From contig OZ241857.1 of assembly GCA_965203315.1 (NCBI GenBank), positions 1,856,001 to 1,920,000 of the forward strand: a stretch of 64,000 nt of DNA, written 5' to 3'. Both the position numbers and the translations under genes were made by a program. This DNA is from Nitrosopumilus sp. (lineage in GTDB: Archaea > Thermoproteota > Nitrososphaeria > Nitrososphaerales > Nitrosopumilaceae). Below the pieces are notes generated by a model. It saw nothing but the letters and a program-made list of their open reading frames with translations, made no database searches and was not told the DNA's origin. Shown piece after piece: positions 11,222 through 21,750 of the stretch; within the stretch, counting starts at the first letter, position 1; every line of letters starts with the position of its first letter.

Positions 11222-11836
11222 TTATGCTATTTCCGCCAAGAACAGTATGCCGATATACACCATTATCATACTCAGACCTATAATGACTAGCTTGTAATTC
11301 CTACTAGATATGAATTTTAGACTCTTTGATGACAAAAACGACACTAGTCCTAGCCACGCAAAATCCATCCATATGTGAATACCAAACATCACAAACACTC
11401 CTATAAAAGACCAGATCAACATTGCATCTGTGATCAATTTGAGTCCTATGGTCAACCACCAAATAATGAAGAATGGGTTTAGTGCACTAAATACAATCCC
11501 TGCATACAGTGGTCCATATTTTGAACCATATGTTCCAGAGTTGTCTCGTACAACTGTAATTATCTGAATTGCCGCAAAAACAAATAGCGCCAACGCACCA
11601 AATATTGTAATTATTAGACGAAACTCTGGAAGTATATCTAGCGAGAGCGCTCCTATTCCCAACAAAATAACAAGAGGCAACTCAATGATTGTATGTCCTA
11701 TTGCCATCTTTGTGCCTGCGCGAACCCCCTGCTTGAGTCCATATGTGACACTAGCTGCAAAGAGAGGACCTGGTGCCATGACGCCTGAAACTGAACTTGC
11801 TATCACAATCAAAGCAAATTCAAAGATCTGAACCAA
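11222..11836 (-). CDS. LysE-family translocator
   Basis: SGVMAPGPL and ALNPFFIIWW motifs; multiple TM segments. Confidence 0.9.
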   Translation of the reverse strand: MVQIFEFALIVIASSVSGVMAPGPLFAASVTYGLKQGVRAGTKMAIGHTIIELPLVILLGIGALSLDILPEFRLIITIFGALALFVFAAIQIITVVRDNSGTYGSKYGPLYAGIVFSALNPFFIIWWLTIGLKLITDAMLIWSFIGVFVMFGIHIWMDFAWLGLVSFLSSKSLKFISSRNYKLVIIGLSMIMVYIGILFLAEIA

Positions 11837-11853
11837 AGTGTGTCACAAGTGCT

Positions 11854-12570
11854 TTATCCATATATGGTGTCTTTGATATGTTTGGACTCATTCTCTGCTG
11901 ATTTTATCATCTCTTCTGCCTTTTTTGCTTCTTGCTGCAATAACTCGATATTGCACGATGCGCTAGGAATAATTTTAGATATTGCAAGACAGAGATCAGC
12001 ACTAGATTTAAAATCAGGTCCTACTCCATTTGTATAAAATACGATTACAATTACATCTTGGTTTGAGATGCTTGCTTCGTTTAAGAGTACTCCTGGTATA
12101 CCTGGAATTGTACCATTCTTTAAAATCTCTAGTCCTGCACGCTCAATCTGTTTCCGAGCTGCATCAGTACTTCCTATGCCCATTATGGATTCGTCTTTGT
12201 TTGGCGATTTGATAGCAACACTACTGATGATCAATTTTATTTGATGTCTCTTTGCCCATCGCAACATGGTTTTTGCAGTCGTTCTGTGGAGAGATTGGTC
12301 AAGTGTAAGATATGATAAAAAGATACTGATCTTGAACTCTTTATTCACGAATATTCTTGTCGGAAATGTTGGCTTGCCATCTTTGATTACACTAATTGGG
12401 GGAAAGATATCAGAGTCTATCACGCCTACTGCCTCAAATTGAGATGTGTTGATCATTGACTCAGTCGCAATAGCACTACTAAACCCTACCGATGGAAAAC
12501 CATCAACAAGATAGCCGTCCTCTAAATTTATTATTTTGTACTCTCGTATTCGCAGTTTGGGATACAACAT
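11854..12570 (-). CDS. PAC2 / proteasome assembly chaperone family protein
   Basis: VDGFPSVG, FPPIS...P.RIF, GIPGVLL and PDFKSS motifs. Confidence 0.85.
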   Translation of the reverse strand: MLYPKLRIREYKIINLEDGYLVDGFPSVGFSSAIATESMINTSQFEAVGVIDSDIFPPISVIKDGKPTFPTRIFVNKEFKISIFLSYLTLDQSLHRTTAKTMLRWAKRHQIKLIISSVAIKSPNKDESIMGIGSTDAARKQIERAGLEILKNGTIPGIPGVLLNEASISNQDVIVIVFYTNGVGPDFKSSADLCLAISKIIPSASCNIELLQQEAKKAEEMIKSAENESKHIKDTIYG

Positions 12571-12952
12571 GTTATTTTGATCACAACAACATTAATAGTT
12601 TTTAGGTACACGCTCAAATGGATTGTTCTACTGGTATCCCTTATACCATTATACTGGTATACCCTTATACCTGATACCTAATTGTACCGTGAGAGATGTG
12701 TTATTGGATATCAGATGTCAAGTCATGTCCGTCCACTTTCAGTACGACTCTTGCCATCTAGGTAAATCTAGAAAATTTTGTTAATTCTATATTCTTGCAT
12801 CAAATACATGCATGTAAATACATGTTAGTTTATCACACTGACTCGTGTACATGTACTCTTGTCTTGTGTTTGGGTCAGCAAACCATACCTTGTATCTTGG
12901 AGATTATCTAAAACTATCTACTCGATATCAATTATATCCCTTGTCAGCAATG

Positions 12953-13897
12953 TCATGTATTATCTAGGCGTGACGAGAGTGCTGCATAGATGAATGGTAG
13001 TATTGTGGTTGCTTCGGCATGCAATGTTGTTTGATTTGCATGTCGTGTGACCTTGCCCCATGATATTGCCTCTCTTACTAGCGCCCCACTTAGACTCCCA
13101 TCAAACTCTTGAGCCGTTGTAATATAAAATGCATAATCTAGTCCATCTCTGTATTGATTCCACCACATGGTGTGATGTTTTGATATTCCTCCACCAATCA
13201 TAAACGCTCCGGATTTTGTTGCCTTGAAGATCAATCCCGCTAGTAGATCGGCATCACCGATCAGATTCAATTTAAAGTCTCTATGTTTCTGTGAGAACAT
13301 CCATATCTGACTACCTGCAGCACCATCAACAATTCCTGGAACTATTATGTCGATATCGTTCTTGTGTGCCCAATACAGGATCGAATCTTCGCCAAGATGT
13401 CGTCCTATCATCTTACAGATTTGAGACGTCGTCATCTCTCGAGTACCTTTTTGATACTCTTCTTCTAGAAACTCTTGCATCTTGGACTCGATAAGCGGTC
13501 CATAATTATTCATTGGGATTAAAACATTACCTAGTCTATGGATGTCTTGTTCAGCAAGTTGTGCATCGTCTATTGTAAATGAACCCTTGTTGTAATGGGA
13601 AAAGTGTTTGGCAATATCATGATCTAGTGCGCCACATGTTGTTATGCAGACATCAAACCACTTATTCTTGACCATGTCTTTGATTACTCCACGAAGTCCG
13701 GTGGACACAACTGCTCCTACAAAAGATATGAATCTTAAACAACTCTTGTCTGAGATCATATCTGTCAAGATATCTAACCCTTGACTAAGATTTGTTGATT
13801 CAAAACCTCCGGATTCGGAGATCTGTGCAAAGATATCATTGATGTTCATATTGGTACTGATCTGTATATCTTTGAGTGGTTCTTCAAAATCTGACAT
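12953..13897 (-). CDS. dys: Deoxyhypusine synthase
   Basis: STGLRG, GGGISKHH and DGSLSGALVREAISWGK. Confidence 0.95.
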   Translation of the reverse strand: MSDFEEPLKDIQISTNMNINDIFAQISESGGFESTNLSQGLDILTDMISDKSCLRFISFVGAVVSTGLRGVIKDMVKNKWFDVCITTCGALDHDIAKHFSHYNKGSFTIDDAQLAEQDIHRLGNVLIPMNNYGPLIESKMQEFLEEEYQKGTREMTTSQICKMIGRHLGEDSILYWAHKNDIDIIVPGIVDGAAGSQIWMFSQKHRDFKLNLIGDADLLAGLIFKATKSGAFMIGGGISKHHTMWWNQYRDGLDYAFYITTAQEFDGSLSGALVREAISWGKVTRHANQTTLHAEATTILPFIYAALSSRLDNT

Positions 13898-14019
13898 TAT
13901 TCTACTCTGCTAAATTATCATATAAAACTCTGAGTATTGTTTTGCTTTAGCGTATTGTAGGTACGTGTCTGATATCCATTTGTGTCTGATTTAATATATG
14001 GATTATTGAAAGGATTTTT

Positions 14020-14676
14020 GTGCAAGTCTGTGGAGTAGATGACGCGGGACGTGGTTCTGTTATAGGACCACTTGTTATAGCAGGAGTCGTAATGAATCAA
14101 AACAAGATATCCGTGCTGAAAAAGATCGGAGTTCGTGATTCTAAAAAACTCTCTCCTCAGAGACGTACCAAGCTCTACTCTGAGATTATTGAGGTGGTTG
14201 ACTCGTATTATATTTTAAAGATCCATCCAAGATCTATAGACGCTAGTGTAAAGAATCACAAACTAAATCTATTGGAAGCAAAGTACATGGCACGAGTGAT
14301 CAAACATCTAGGTGCTGATAGATCCTACGTTGACTCATGTGATGTCGATCCTAATAGATTTGGTAAGGCTATCTCATTGTTGTCTGAGAATCATTCGATA
14401 ATCTCATCTCATCATGCGGATAGTAGATTTGTCATAGTCTCTGCAGCATCTATACTCGCCAAGGTTACGCGTGATAGATCGATTACTAGACTACAAAAGT
14501 ACAACGATCTAGGAAGTGGATATCCTGCAGACCCAAAGACAAAGAGATTTCTGACAACATGTTATACACAAGACAAGACATTTCCCACATTTGTACGGAA
14601 AAGTTGGAAGCCTGTTAAGAGACTAATCCAAACTCTGCGCGATGATCAATACATGACCACGGTCATACGGGTATAG
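14020..14676 (+). CDS. rnhB: Ribonuclease HII
   Basis: GVDDAGRGSVIGP, DSKKL, SAASILAKVTRD and GSGYPADP. Confidence 0.95.
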   Translation: MQVCGVDDAGRGSVIGPLVIAGVVMNQNKISVLKKIGVRDSKKLSPQRRTKLYSEIIEVVDSYYILKIHPRSIDASVKNHKLNLLEAKYMARVIKHLGADRSYVDSCDVDPNRFGKAISLLSENHSIISSHHADSRFVIVSAASILAKVTRDRSITRLQKYNDLGSGYPADPKTKRFLTTCYTQDKTFPTFVRKSWKPVKRLIQTLRDDQYMTTVIRV

Positions 14677-15294
14677 ATCTATGGATTGAAGTATCTCGAA
14701 CTTTGAGTAGAGTTTGGCAGTCTCTTCTGACACAACCTGTCTCGATGGTTTTGCAGAGTTGATGCTGTGGATCTTTACCACAAGAAATAAGAATCCGCGA
14801 GACTTTAAGAATCTCTTACAGTTGTTTATGGCGATCTCTGTTTGATCGGGTTGCGCAATGTCGACATATGCTACATCAACCTTGCCAAATACTGAAAAGT
14901 ACTCTGATGGTTTGCGTGCATCTTGAAGTATGGGAATAATATTTGCTCTATGAGCTGCAACTCGATCTAAAAAGTCCCGAGCAACTCGACTAGCATGATC
15001 AACACTGAATACAATACCACTCGCGCCTACGATATCTGATATGTGACTTACTGTGGTGCCTGTAGATGCTCCTAGGTATAGAACACGAGTCTTGTTCTCA
15101 AATGGAAAGAATTCTAATTTTTGCATTATCGCTGCCGCAAGTTTACTGCGAAACGGATCCCATATGCGATACTCGATCCCCTTTTTTAATACCAGTCGCT
15201 CTCCGTACACATTATTTCCTGGAACCAAGTTTATGGTCGCAATTCTGATCTCTCCTTCCGATCTAATCCAAAAGAACGATTTATCTTCGTCCAA
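14623..15294 (-). CDS. flpA: Fibrillarin-like rRNA 2'-O-methyltransferase
   Basis: WDPFRSKLAAAI, VLYLGASTGTTVSH and DIAQPDQ. Likely start is TTG 15294; the longer track ORF overlaps Nop5. Confidence 0.93.
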   Translation of the reverse strand: MDEDKSFFWIRSEGEIRIATINLVPGNNVYGERLVLKKGIEYRIWDPFRSKLAAAIMQKLEFFPFENKTRVLYLGASTGTTVSHISDIVGASGIVFSVDHASRVARDFLDRVAAHRANIIPILQDARKPSEYFSVFGKVDVAYVDIAQPDQTEIAINNCKRFLKSRGFLFLVVKIHSINSAKPSRQVVSEETAKLYSKFEILQSIDLYPYDRGHVLIIAQSLD

Positions 15295-16522
15295 ACTTTC
15301 TCTTTCTACCTTTTGAATCTGGTCTGTTACGTCTACCTTGTTTGACTCTCTTACCTTGTCCAAAGTTACCGCGACGATCAAATGTCCTTTCTTTACTATT
15401 CCTTTCTGTAGGTTCAACGTACTTTTCACCAATCTCCTTAACACGAATATTGAGTTTATCCAAGAGTGTGTTGTTTATGCCTTCGCCATAGGTGTCAACA
15501 CGCGCAGCTATTACAGCTTTTGCAGCAATTGCCCGTGCGATCTTTCCTCGCTGCCAGCGCGGTGCTGAATGAACCATAGGATGCTGAAATAACAATCCGT
15601 GTTTTGGTGGTCGCGAACCTGTCTTGAGTGAACGAAATAATGCCTTCTCAGCACCAAGAACTTGGATCGTACTTGCAGGCATTGATGCTAATTTTTTGAT
15701 ACTACCTGCTCTCGACAGCAATCTTGCACCTAATGCAGTACCTACTATTGCTGACAAGTTTGGTGCAATAATTTTAAACTCAGACTCTATGTGTTCTTCT
15801 AGCTTGTGACGGGTTTTGTTGAACTCTAGTATCTGTCTAGCAATAGACTGAACTATAACAAGATTGGTATCAGATATTTTACCACCTTTGCTCTGTTTTG
15901 CTACAATGTAGATGACTTCTGCCTTTGATTCAGGAAAACCTGCGTCACATATCTTTTGCTTTGTAAGTGTGTCTCGACTCCCTGCAACTACTAGCTGTGC
16001 ATAACCACTAATACCATCTATTATGTTCTCTAACTCTGGAAAGTGTAGTCCGTACCATTCACGTACTCGGGCACCAAGAACATTGATCATCTTGTCGATC
16101 TCATCGAGTGTACCTACAGCTTGACCTACGTGCATGTCCGGACTCTCAGATACTTGCGTAACTGTCGCCGATGACAATTCTATTGCAAAGTCACGTAGTC
16201 TTCCTAGAGCCTCATATTCACTATTTGCAAATTCAGAGTTTACTATTATCTGTGGTTTATTCTGTTGTATTCGTTCGATCTCAAAAGCCTCCATAATGTG
16301 CGAATCTATAGAGTTCTGTTTGAGTATTGATAGTAGTGACTCGTCGCTAACTGCTGATCCACTAGAACCAGCCGCCAAAAAAGCTACAACATTCTCTAAT
16401 TTTGCTTTTTTTGCCTTTATGTCTAGATACTCTTTAATCGGATCCGTGAAACGAAACGCTTTCACGAGCATGTCATCTTGGAATACAGATATGCCAAGTT
16501 CTGTTAGAATCACAGAATACAT
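15281..16522 (-). CDS. nop5: Nop5/Nop56 C/D box sRNP protein
   Basis: REWYGLHFPEL, PASTIQVLGAEKALF and PKHGLLF. Confidence 0.95.
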   Translation of the reverse strand: MYSVILTELGISVFQDDMLVKAFRFTDPIKEYLDIKAKKAKLENVVAFLAAGSSGSAVSDESLLSILKQNSIDSHIMEAFEIERIQQNKPQIIVNSEFANSEYEALGRLRDFAIELSSATVTQVSESPDMHVGQAVGTLDEIDKMINVLGARVREWYGLHFPELENIIDGISGYAQLVVAGSRDTLTKQKICDAGFPESKAEVIYIVAKQSKGGKISDTNLVIVQSIARQILEFNKTRHKLEEHIESEFKIIAPNLSAIVGTALGARLLSRAGSIKKLASMPASTIQVLGAEKALFRSLKTGSRPPKHGLLFQHPMVHSAPRWQRGKIARAIAAKAVIAARVDTYGEGINNTLLDKLNIRVKEIGEKYVEPTERNSKERTFDRRGNFGQGKRVKQGRRNRPDSKGRKRKFGRR

Positions 16523-16623
16523 GGTTCTCTAAATCAAACTCGCCTTTAAAAAAGATACCAACTTGAACTGTGATATCTCTAGTATTGATTTGTAGTATAT
16601 GTGATACTCGATATTCCAGGTAC

Positions 16624-17869
16624 CAGACATCGCAAATGTACGTGTAAATTTTGGCATCTAGGGTGCAATCGGCTCAGGCGGAGGCTCAGGTGGGATCTCG
16701 ATCAATGTTTGCACTGTTTTAAGAAACAAGCTTTGGTACATCTTATGAGATGTGATACCTTCAACCAACAATACAAGATTGAATATAGTCCACAAGTTTA
16801 GCAACATTTGTGCAGACATGAACATGTATGTTCTACACGGTGTTGATCTACTGTGAGTTCTAACACGCATATTTCGAGTAAATTTGAATCCATTCTCAAT
16901 CTCCCAACGATCGCGATATTTCTCTAGATCAATATTTGGATCATTTGTTGCAAATGCTCTATACTCTTCTGGGTCATCTCTGTCACGAGTTATTATGATG
17001 TAACATCCTGCTTGATCCTTGTTGTTCTTTATTACATATTTTGACACTCTAACTCGTTCTCCTCGTTTGTATTCCTCTATTGCTTTTTTTATGCCAGAAG
17101 TGTTTACGCATGGCATCAGATATTTGTGTCTAGTTCCATTCAAGAATTTGATCATAGCGACTGAATAAAACCCACGATCGGCAACAAACAGCGCTGGTCT
17201 TGTAGAGTTTATTTCGTAAAAATCTACAATTTTAGGCATAAAATCAGCATTTTTTTCCCCTTTTTTGACTGAAAATGTAGATAAAACAAGTCTTGTGCCG
17301 GGGTTGACCAGCTGTGCAGAGATGTGTGTCTCAAATACAGTCGTACCATCTTTCGCTCTACCCTTAATCAGATCTGGATTATCTTTATCATATCTTGAAA
17401 AACTCGTTCTGTCTACTCCAATGATAGGATGTCGAGGAAAGCGACCAAGCCGTTTTAGCTCTGACAGGTGTTGCGTCACGGCATACTTGAATATCTCATC
17501 TATCGGTTTCTCACACGTCTCTTCGATCCTCTTCCTAATCCATTCGCCTGTAGGTGCATAACCATCACTATCTCTGATCAATCTGGAACGATCAGCAGGA
17601 GATTTGTTTGCTACTGCCGCATCTATGATGATCTTGAGTCCGTCCCATTTTGTGTATTTGGCATTGTGATAATTAGATACTTTGAATGGTATCTGATCCA
17701 TAGCGTTTATGAAAATATATCTACAAGTAGAACGGTTTCTAGATACTGCTTGTCTCAGCGAGTCTGATTGTTTGCGCATTAGATTCCTGAGACATGCAAT
17801 CCTTATTGACTTTGTTTGATCGATATTTTTGATCTTTTGGTTAAATTATAGTTACTTTTGCGATGTCTG
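16624..17869 (-). mobile_element. ISH3-like (IS4-superfamily DDE) insertion sequence, intact copy
   Basis: TIR CAGACATCGCAAA / TTTGCGATGTCTG and 6-bp TSD AGGTAC (16618-16623, 17870-17875). A second copy lies at 60617-61849. Confidence 0.92.
16658..17779 (-). CDS. DDE transposase (ISH3/IS4-like)
   Basis: IGVD, VADRGFYS and YRDRWEIENGFK (Y-2-R-3-E signature). Confidence 0.9.
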   Translation of the reverse strand: MRKQSDSLRQAVSRNRSTCRYIFINAMDQIPFKVSNYHNAKYTKWDGLKIIIDAAVANKSPADRSRLIRDSDGYAPTGEWIRKRIEETCEKPIDEIFKYAVTQHLSELKRLGRFPRHPIIGVDRTSFSRYDKDNPDLIKGRAKDGTTVFETHISAQLVNPGTRLVLSTFSVKKGEKNADFMPKIVDFYEINSTRPALFVADRGFYSVAMIKFLNGTRHKYLMPCVNTSGIKKAIEEYKRGERVRVSKYVIKNNKDQAGCYIIITRDRDDPEEYRAFATNDPNIDLEKYRDRWEIENGFKFTRNMRVRTHSRSTPCRTYMFMSAQMLLNLWTIFNLVLLVEGITSHKMYQSLFLKTVQTLIEIPPEPPPEPIAP

Positions 17870-17916
17870 AGGTACACATGCATGATATCAGATATACATG
17901 TACATCTTACCAATCT

Positions 17917-19615
17917 GTATGAGGTTAGGTCTCACGCACAACTTTTAGGAGTGTATCATAGACGTTGAGACCTTGTTGCTCCCATGTTGTTACACATGTA
18001 AAGATATTGCCAACTCGTCGTTTACTCTCCTCAGATACGATACGTTGAGTTACCTTGCGGAATAGCACCATTGATCGTATAGCTCGCTCTGCTCTGTTGT
18101 TTGTGTATTCCATACCATAGTATAGCACAAATGTGTATAGATCATCTGCAGCATTAGCTAAATGAACTCCAAATTTGCGACAAGCTTCGTTGTCTAGTTT
18201 CTTGTACTCTGCTGCAAGTGATAATGTCTTTTGCACTAGATCATCTACTCTGTATTTTAGGTACATGTCCACATGATTGGGATTGTCCACCTGTAGTGCT
18301 TTTGCAATTTCAAGTAGTTTCTGCAATCTTTTGTACATTAGTACAGTATGTACGTCACACATTGTATCTTTTGCATTTCGCAGTATGTGCGCCCAACAAC
18401 GTTGCCGTACATTGAATAGCTTGTACACGACATATCCATCCGACACGAGTGGTATCAGAATATACTTTTTGAATGTTTTTTCAAGAAACTTTTTTGTACG
18501 ATCTGGCGATATGATGAATTGCGTACCATAATCGCCGACAAGAACCCAGACCCATCCCAATTTCGCAGCAAGGGACATCGACGTCTCATCCATGTAGATT
18601 ACCTTGGATTTTAGGTTCATTCTCTCTATTTTTTTGACATATTTGTCTAGTTTATCGGCAATCGTGTCTATTGCACCCGTTACCATCTTTTTAGATATAC
18701 ACGGGTCTAGGCATTGAAGAGTACTAGTTATTGTTCTGATACTACAGCCATTCTTTCTCATTATGGTTGCAATCACGCCTAGAATTGGGCACAACATTGT
18801 GTTGTGTAGTATGTCTGGGATGCTGTCGAATGTATCGCCTGATGCGCCACAATCTCTACAGTTGTAAAAGTATCCGATATGGAGTATGTGCAATATTATG
18901 ATCTGTATGTCAATCGTTCTCTTTTGTCTAGACCTCTTGTTGTCAACATGCTTACTGCCACATCCATCACACTTTTCTTTTTTATGATGTCTTGTCTTGT
19001 CTGTTTTTATGTTGTCGGAAACTCCTTTGTGACCCTTGTCTTGTCCTGCTTTTTTCCATTCGCTTTTAGATTTTCTTGTACCCTTTTTTACATGATCTGG
19101 TTGTTTTGATGAGGGTACGTTAGAATTGTCGAGCTGCTTGCGTCTCGTTTCTTTGTTCTTGGCCTGTGCTGTTTGTACCTCTATCTTTTCTTTTTTACCC
19201 TCTATCTTTTTTCTGGTGTTACGAATCTTGGTCTGTGATAGTTGTTGACCACGTTCTATAATTTTGATCATCCTTTGGAATACATTAAAACAATCATTGA
19301 TTGAATTTGGAGATACTTGGAGTCCCATAATTGTAGCAAGTAAAATCTCGTACAGTTTCATATTCATTCTCTTCTGCTTTGCAACTTGTTTTTGTAGACT
19401 CGTAATGGTCTCTTGTTGTTGTTCGATGGTATCATTTTGCTGCTTGACAGTATCCTCTAGATCTGCTATCTTGGCAGATGTCTCCCTATCTTTTTTGGTA
19501 GTCTTTTGTCTCGCGATCTGTCTAGACATTGTCATAATTGGTAATGTTTGGATTTAGCCTAGATTATCTAGAAAAGTTGTCCCTTTTGGTAGATCTTTTA
19601 AACCTAACCTCGTAC
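17917..19615 (-). mobile_element. IS66-family element, single-ORF type
   Basis: TIR GTATGAGGTTAGGT / ACCTAACCTCGTAC and 8-bp TSD ACCAATCT (17909-17916, 19616-19623). Confidence 0.92.
17925..19535 (-). CDS. IS66 transposase (TnpC-like)
   Basis: Coiled-coil N-terminus, NSNVPSS, CxxC...CxxC, MDETS..GWVW, SDGYVVY, QRCWAH and TNNRAERAIR. Confidence 0.93.
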   Translation of the reverse strand: MTMSRQIARQKTTKKDRETSAKIADLEDTVKQQNDTIEQQQETITSLQKQVAKQKRMNMKLYEILLATIMGLQVSPNSINDCFNVFQRMIKIIERGQQLSQTKIRNTRKKIEGKKEKIEVQTAQAKNKETRRKQLDNSNVPSSKQPDHVKKGTRKSKSEWKKAGQDKGHKGVSDNIKTDKTRHHKKEKCDGCGSKHVDNKRSRQKRTIDIQIIILHILHIGYFYNCRDCGASGDTFDSIPDILHNTMLCPILGVIATIMRKNGCSIRTITSTLQCLDPCISKKMVTGAIDTIADKLDKYVKKIERMNLKSKVIYMDETSMSLAAKLGWVWVLVGDYGTQFIISPDRTKKFLEKTFKKYILIPLVSDGYVVYKLFNVRQRCWAHILRNAKDTMCDVHTVLMYKRLQKLLEIAKALQVDNPNHVDMYLKYRVDDLVQKTLSLAAEYKKLDNEACRKFGVHLANAADDLYTFVLYYGMEYTNNRAERAIRSMVLFRKVTQRIVSEESKRRVGNIFTCVTTWEQQGLNVYDTLLKVVRET

Positions 19616-19902
19616 ACCAATCTAGTTTTATGTACATTGCAATCTAGAGTGGCATATATTGTGATGAATATCTAGAGTGTTGGATTGCTCAAGATCAGAC
19701 TAGATCGACATGCAACGTTTACATGATTCACTAAACGCGAGACTATGGCATATGTACTCGATGGTATCTAAGTTTGATATCGAGTTAGAATATTGATCAA
19801 TCGTGGCAAGTCAAGTAGATTTGCATAATCACCATCTCATGTTTGTAGTACTGATGGTAAGATAATCAACTATTATATTCCAAATTGTACACCTCTGAAA
19901 AT

Positions 19903-20811
19903 ATGGAGCCCAGTCTTGAAACATCTATTGGTAAATTAAATCTCTCGAGACCGGTAATGCTGGCGTCGGGAATCTTGGGAATCTCTCTAGATGTCTTTGA
20001 TAGGCTGTACAAATCAGGAGCTGGTGCAATAGTTACAAAGTCTCTAAGTCGTGAGCCATGGGAGGGGTACAGTAATCCAACTGTATTCAGCACAGGGAAT
20101 GGCGGTTGGATAAATGCAGTCGGTCTCTCAAATCCGGGGGCTACAAACTTTGCAACAATGATTCGCAATAATGTCGATACTCCTATAATTCCTAGTCTGG
20201 TGGGCTCTATACCTGAGGACTTTGAGTTTATGGTGGAGCAGTTTAACGGATGTCGAGTTATGGCATACGAGTTGAATCTCTCCTGCCCCCATGTGGCAAA
20301 AGTTGGATTAGAGGTTGGCGACGATCTAAAACTAGTTAAAGAGATAATCAATACAATAAAAGACACTACCAACATTCCGATAATTGCAAAGATTGGATTA
20401 GGCAATACAAACTATCATCATACAGTAAATGCAGCTATAGATTCTGGAGTTGACGCGATAACTGCCATAAATACAATTCGCGCAATTGCAATAGATGCAG
20501 AGACACAACGACCTATACTGTCTAACAAGTTTGGTGGATTATCTGGTTCGCCCATAAAACACATTGCACAGAGATGTGTCTTTGAGATTGCGACTAAACA
20601 CAAGATTCCTATAATTGGCTGTGGTGGAATCTCGACATGGGAAGATGCTGTGGAGTTTATTCTTGCTGGCGCATCTGCACTTCAAGTAGGTAGTGCGATA
20701 GGATCTAGTTGGATGAATACATTTGATGTTATCAATCAAGGAATAATCCAATACATGAAGAAGAAGGGATACAATACAATACAGGAGATGGTTGGACTTG
20801 CAACGAGATAA
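19903..20811 (+). CDS. pyrD: Dihydroorotate dehydrogenase, catalytic subunit
   Basis: PVMLASG, NAVGLSNPG, ELNLSCPH and GGLSG. Confidence 0.95.
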   Translation: MEPSLETSIGKLNLSRPVMLASGILGISLDVFDRLYKSGAGAIVTKSLSREPWEGYSNPTVFSTGNGGWINAVGLSNPGATNFATMIRNNVDTPIIPSLVGSIPEDFEFMVEQFNGCRVMAYELNLSCPHVAKVGLEVGDDLKLVKEIINTIKDTTNIPIIAKIGLGNTNYHHTVNAAIDSGVDAITAINTIRAIAIDAETQRPILSNKFGGLSGSPIKHIAQRCVFEIATKHKIPIIGCGGISTWEDAVEFILAGASALQVGSAIGSSWMNTFDVINQGIIQYMKKKGYNTIQEMVGLATR

Positions 20812-21610
20812 CAATCACCCGACTATTGTAACTATTCAAGATATCATTCAAGAGACACCCACTGTCAAGACGTTGATCTATACCGATGAGGTAATGTCTT
20901 CTGCACTACCAGGCCAATTTGCAATGGTTTGGATACCTGACATAGGTGAGCTGCCGATGAGTATAATGATAGATCCAGAACCTGACAGAGCCGCATTTAC
21001 TGTTAGGAGACACGGTGTATCGTCAACAGGACTGTTTGATCTTCATGTGGGTGATTCTATTGGTGTACGTGGTCCATATGGAAATACATTTGATCTAAAA
21101 CATGGTAAGGTGCTGATGGTTGGCGGTGGTACTGGTCTTGTACCTATGATGCGACTATTAACACAAGTAAAAAGAGATGATGATGTAACTCTCGTCATGG
21201 GCGCAAAGACCAAGTCTGAGGTCTTTTTTGAAGATCTTGCAGAATCGTTACTGTCTACAAACCCTCATAGAATTCTAGTATCTACTGATGATGGTAGCTA
21301 TGGCCAATCCGGACTGGTAACCGATATCGTAGATCAATTAATCAGTAAAGAGACTTTTGATGGTGTATATACATGTGGACCAGAGATGATGATGTACAAG
21401 ACTGTTAAATCAGCAAACACGCATGGAGTCTTTGTCCAAGCCAGTCTTGAGAGAGTTATGAAGTGTGGCGTAGGTATCTGTGGCAGTTGTTGCATGGGCA
21501 GAGATCTTGTATGTCGAGATGGAACAGTATTTGATGGTATACATTTAGAACAGAACAACGAATTTGGACACATATACAAAAGTAAATCCGGAATTCAGAT
21601 TAGATATTAG
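20792..21610 (+). CDS. pyrK: Dihydroorotate dehydrogenase electron transfer subunit
   Basis: PGQF, RGPYG, GGGTG, CGPE and [2Fe-2S] motif MKCGVGICGSC. Confidence 0.93.
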   Translation: MDLQRDNNHPTIVTIQDIIQETPTVKTLIYTDEVMSSALPGQFAMVWIPDIGELPMSIMIDPEPDRAAFTVRRHGVSSTGLFDLHVGDSIGVRGPYGNTFDLKHGKVLMVGGGTGLVPMMRLLTQVKRDDDVTLVMGAKTKSEVFFEDLAESLLSTNPHRILVSTDDGSYGQSGLVTDIVDQLISKETFDGVYTCGPEMMMYKTVKSANTHGVFVQASLERVMKCGVGICGSCCMGRDLVCRDGTVFDGIHLEQNNEFGHIYKSKSGIQIRY

Positions 21611-21750
21611 TGATGGTAAATGTACAAGAATATCTCGAATTTAATTCTGTCAACTATATCTCAAATTTAGATATGCTCGGATTTAGATATGTGCCTTTGC
21701 ATAACATTCTTGTATACTGTACTAGTTTTGTATGGTCTGTACTCTATGCA

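Noticed and set aside
12629-12676. Duplicated ~22-mer tactggtat(a)cccttatacc
   Set aside because: Only two units; probably a local slippage duplication, and no function can be supported.
15295-15444. N-terminal extension of fibrillarin
   Set aside because: It overlaps the nop5 3' end; TTG 15294 is the more plausible start.
17904-19863. Inverted ATCTTACCA as IS66 ends
   Set aside because: A longer TIR with a perfect 8-bp TSD defines 17917-19615 instead.
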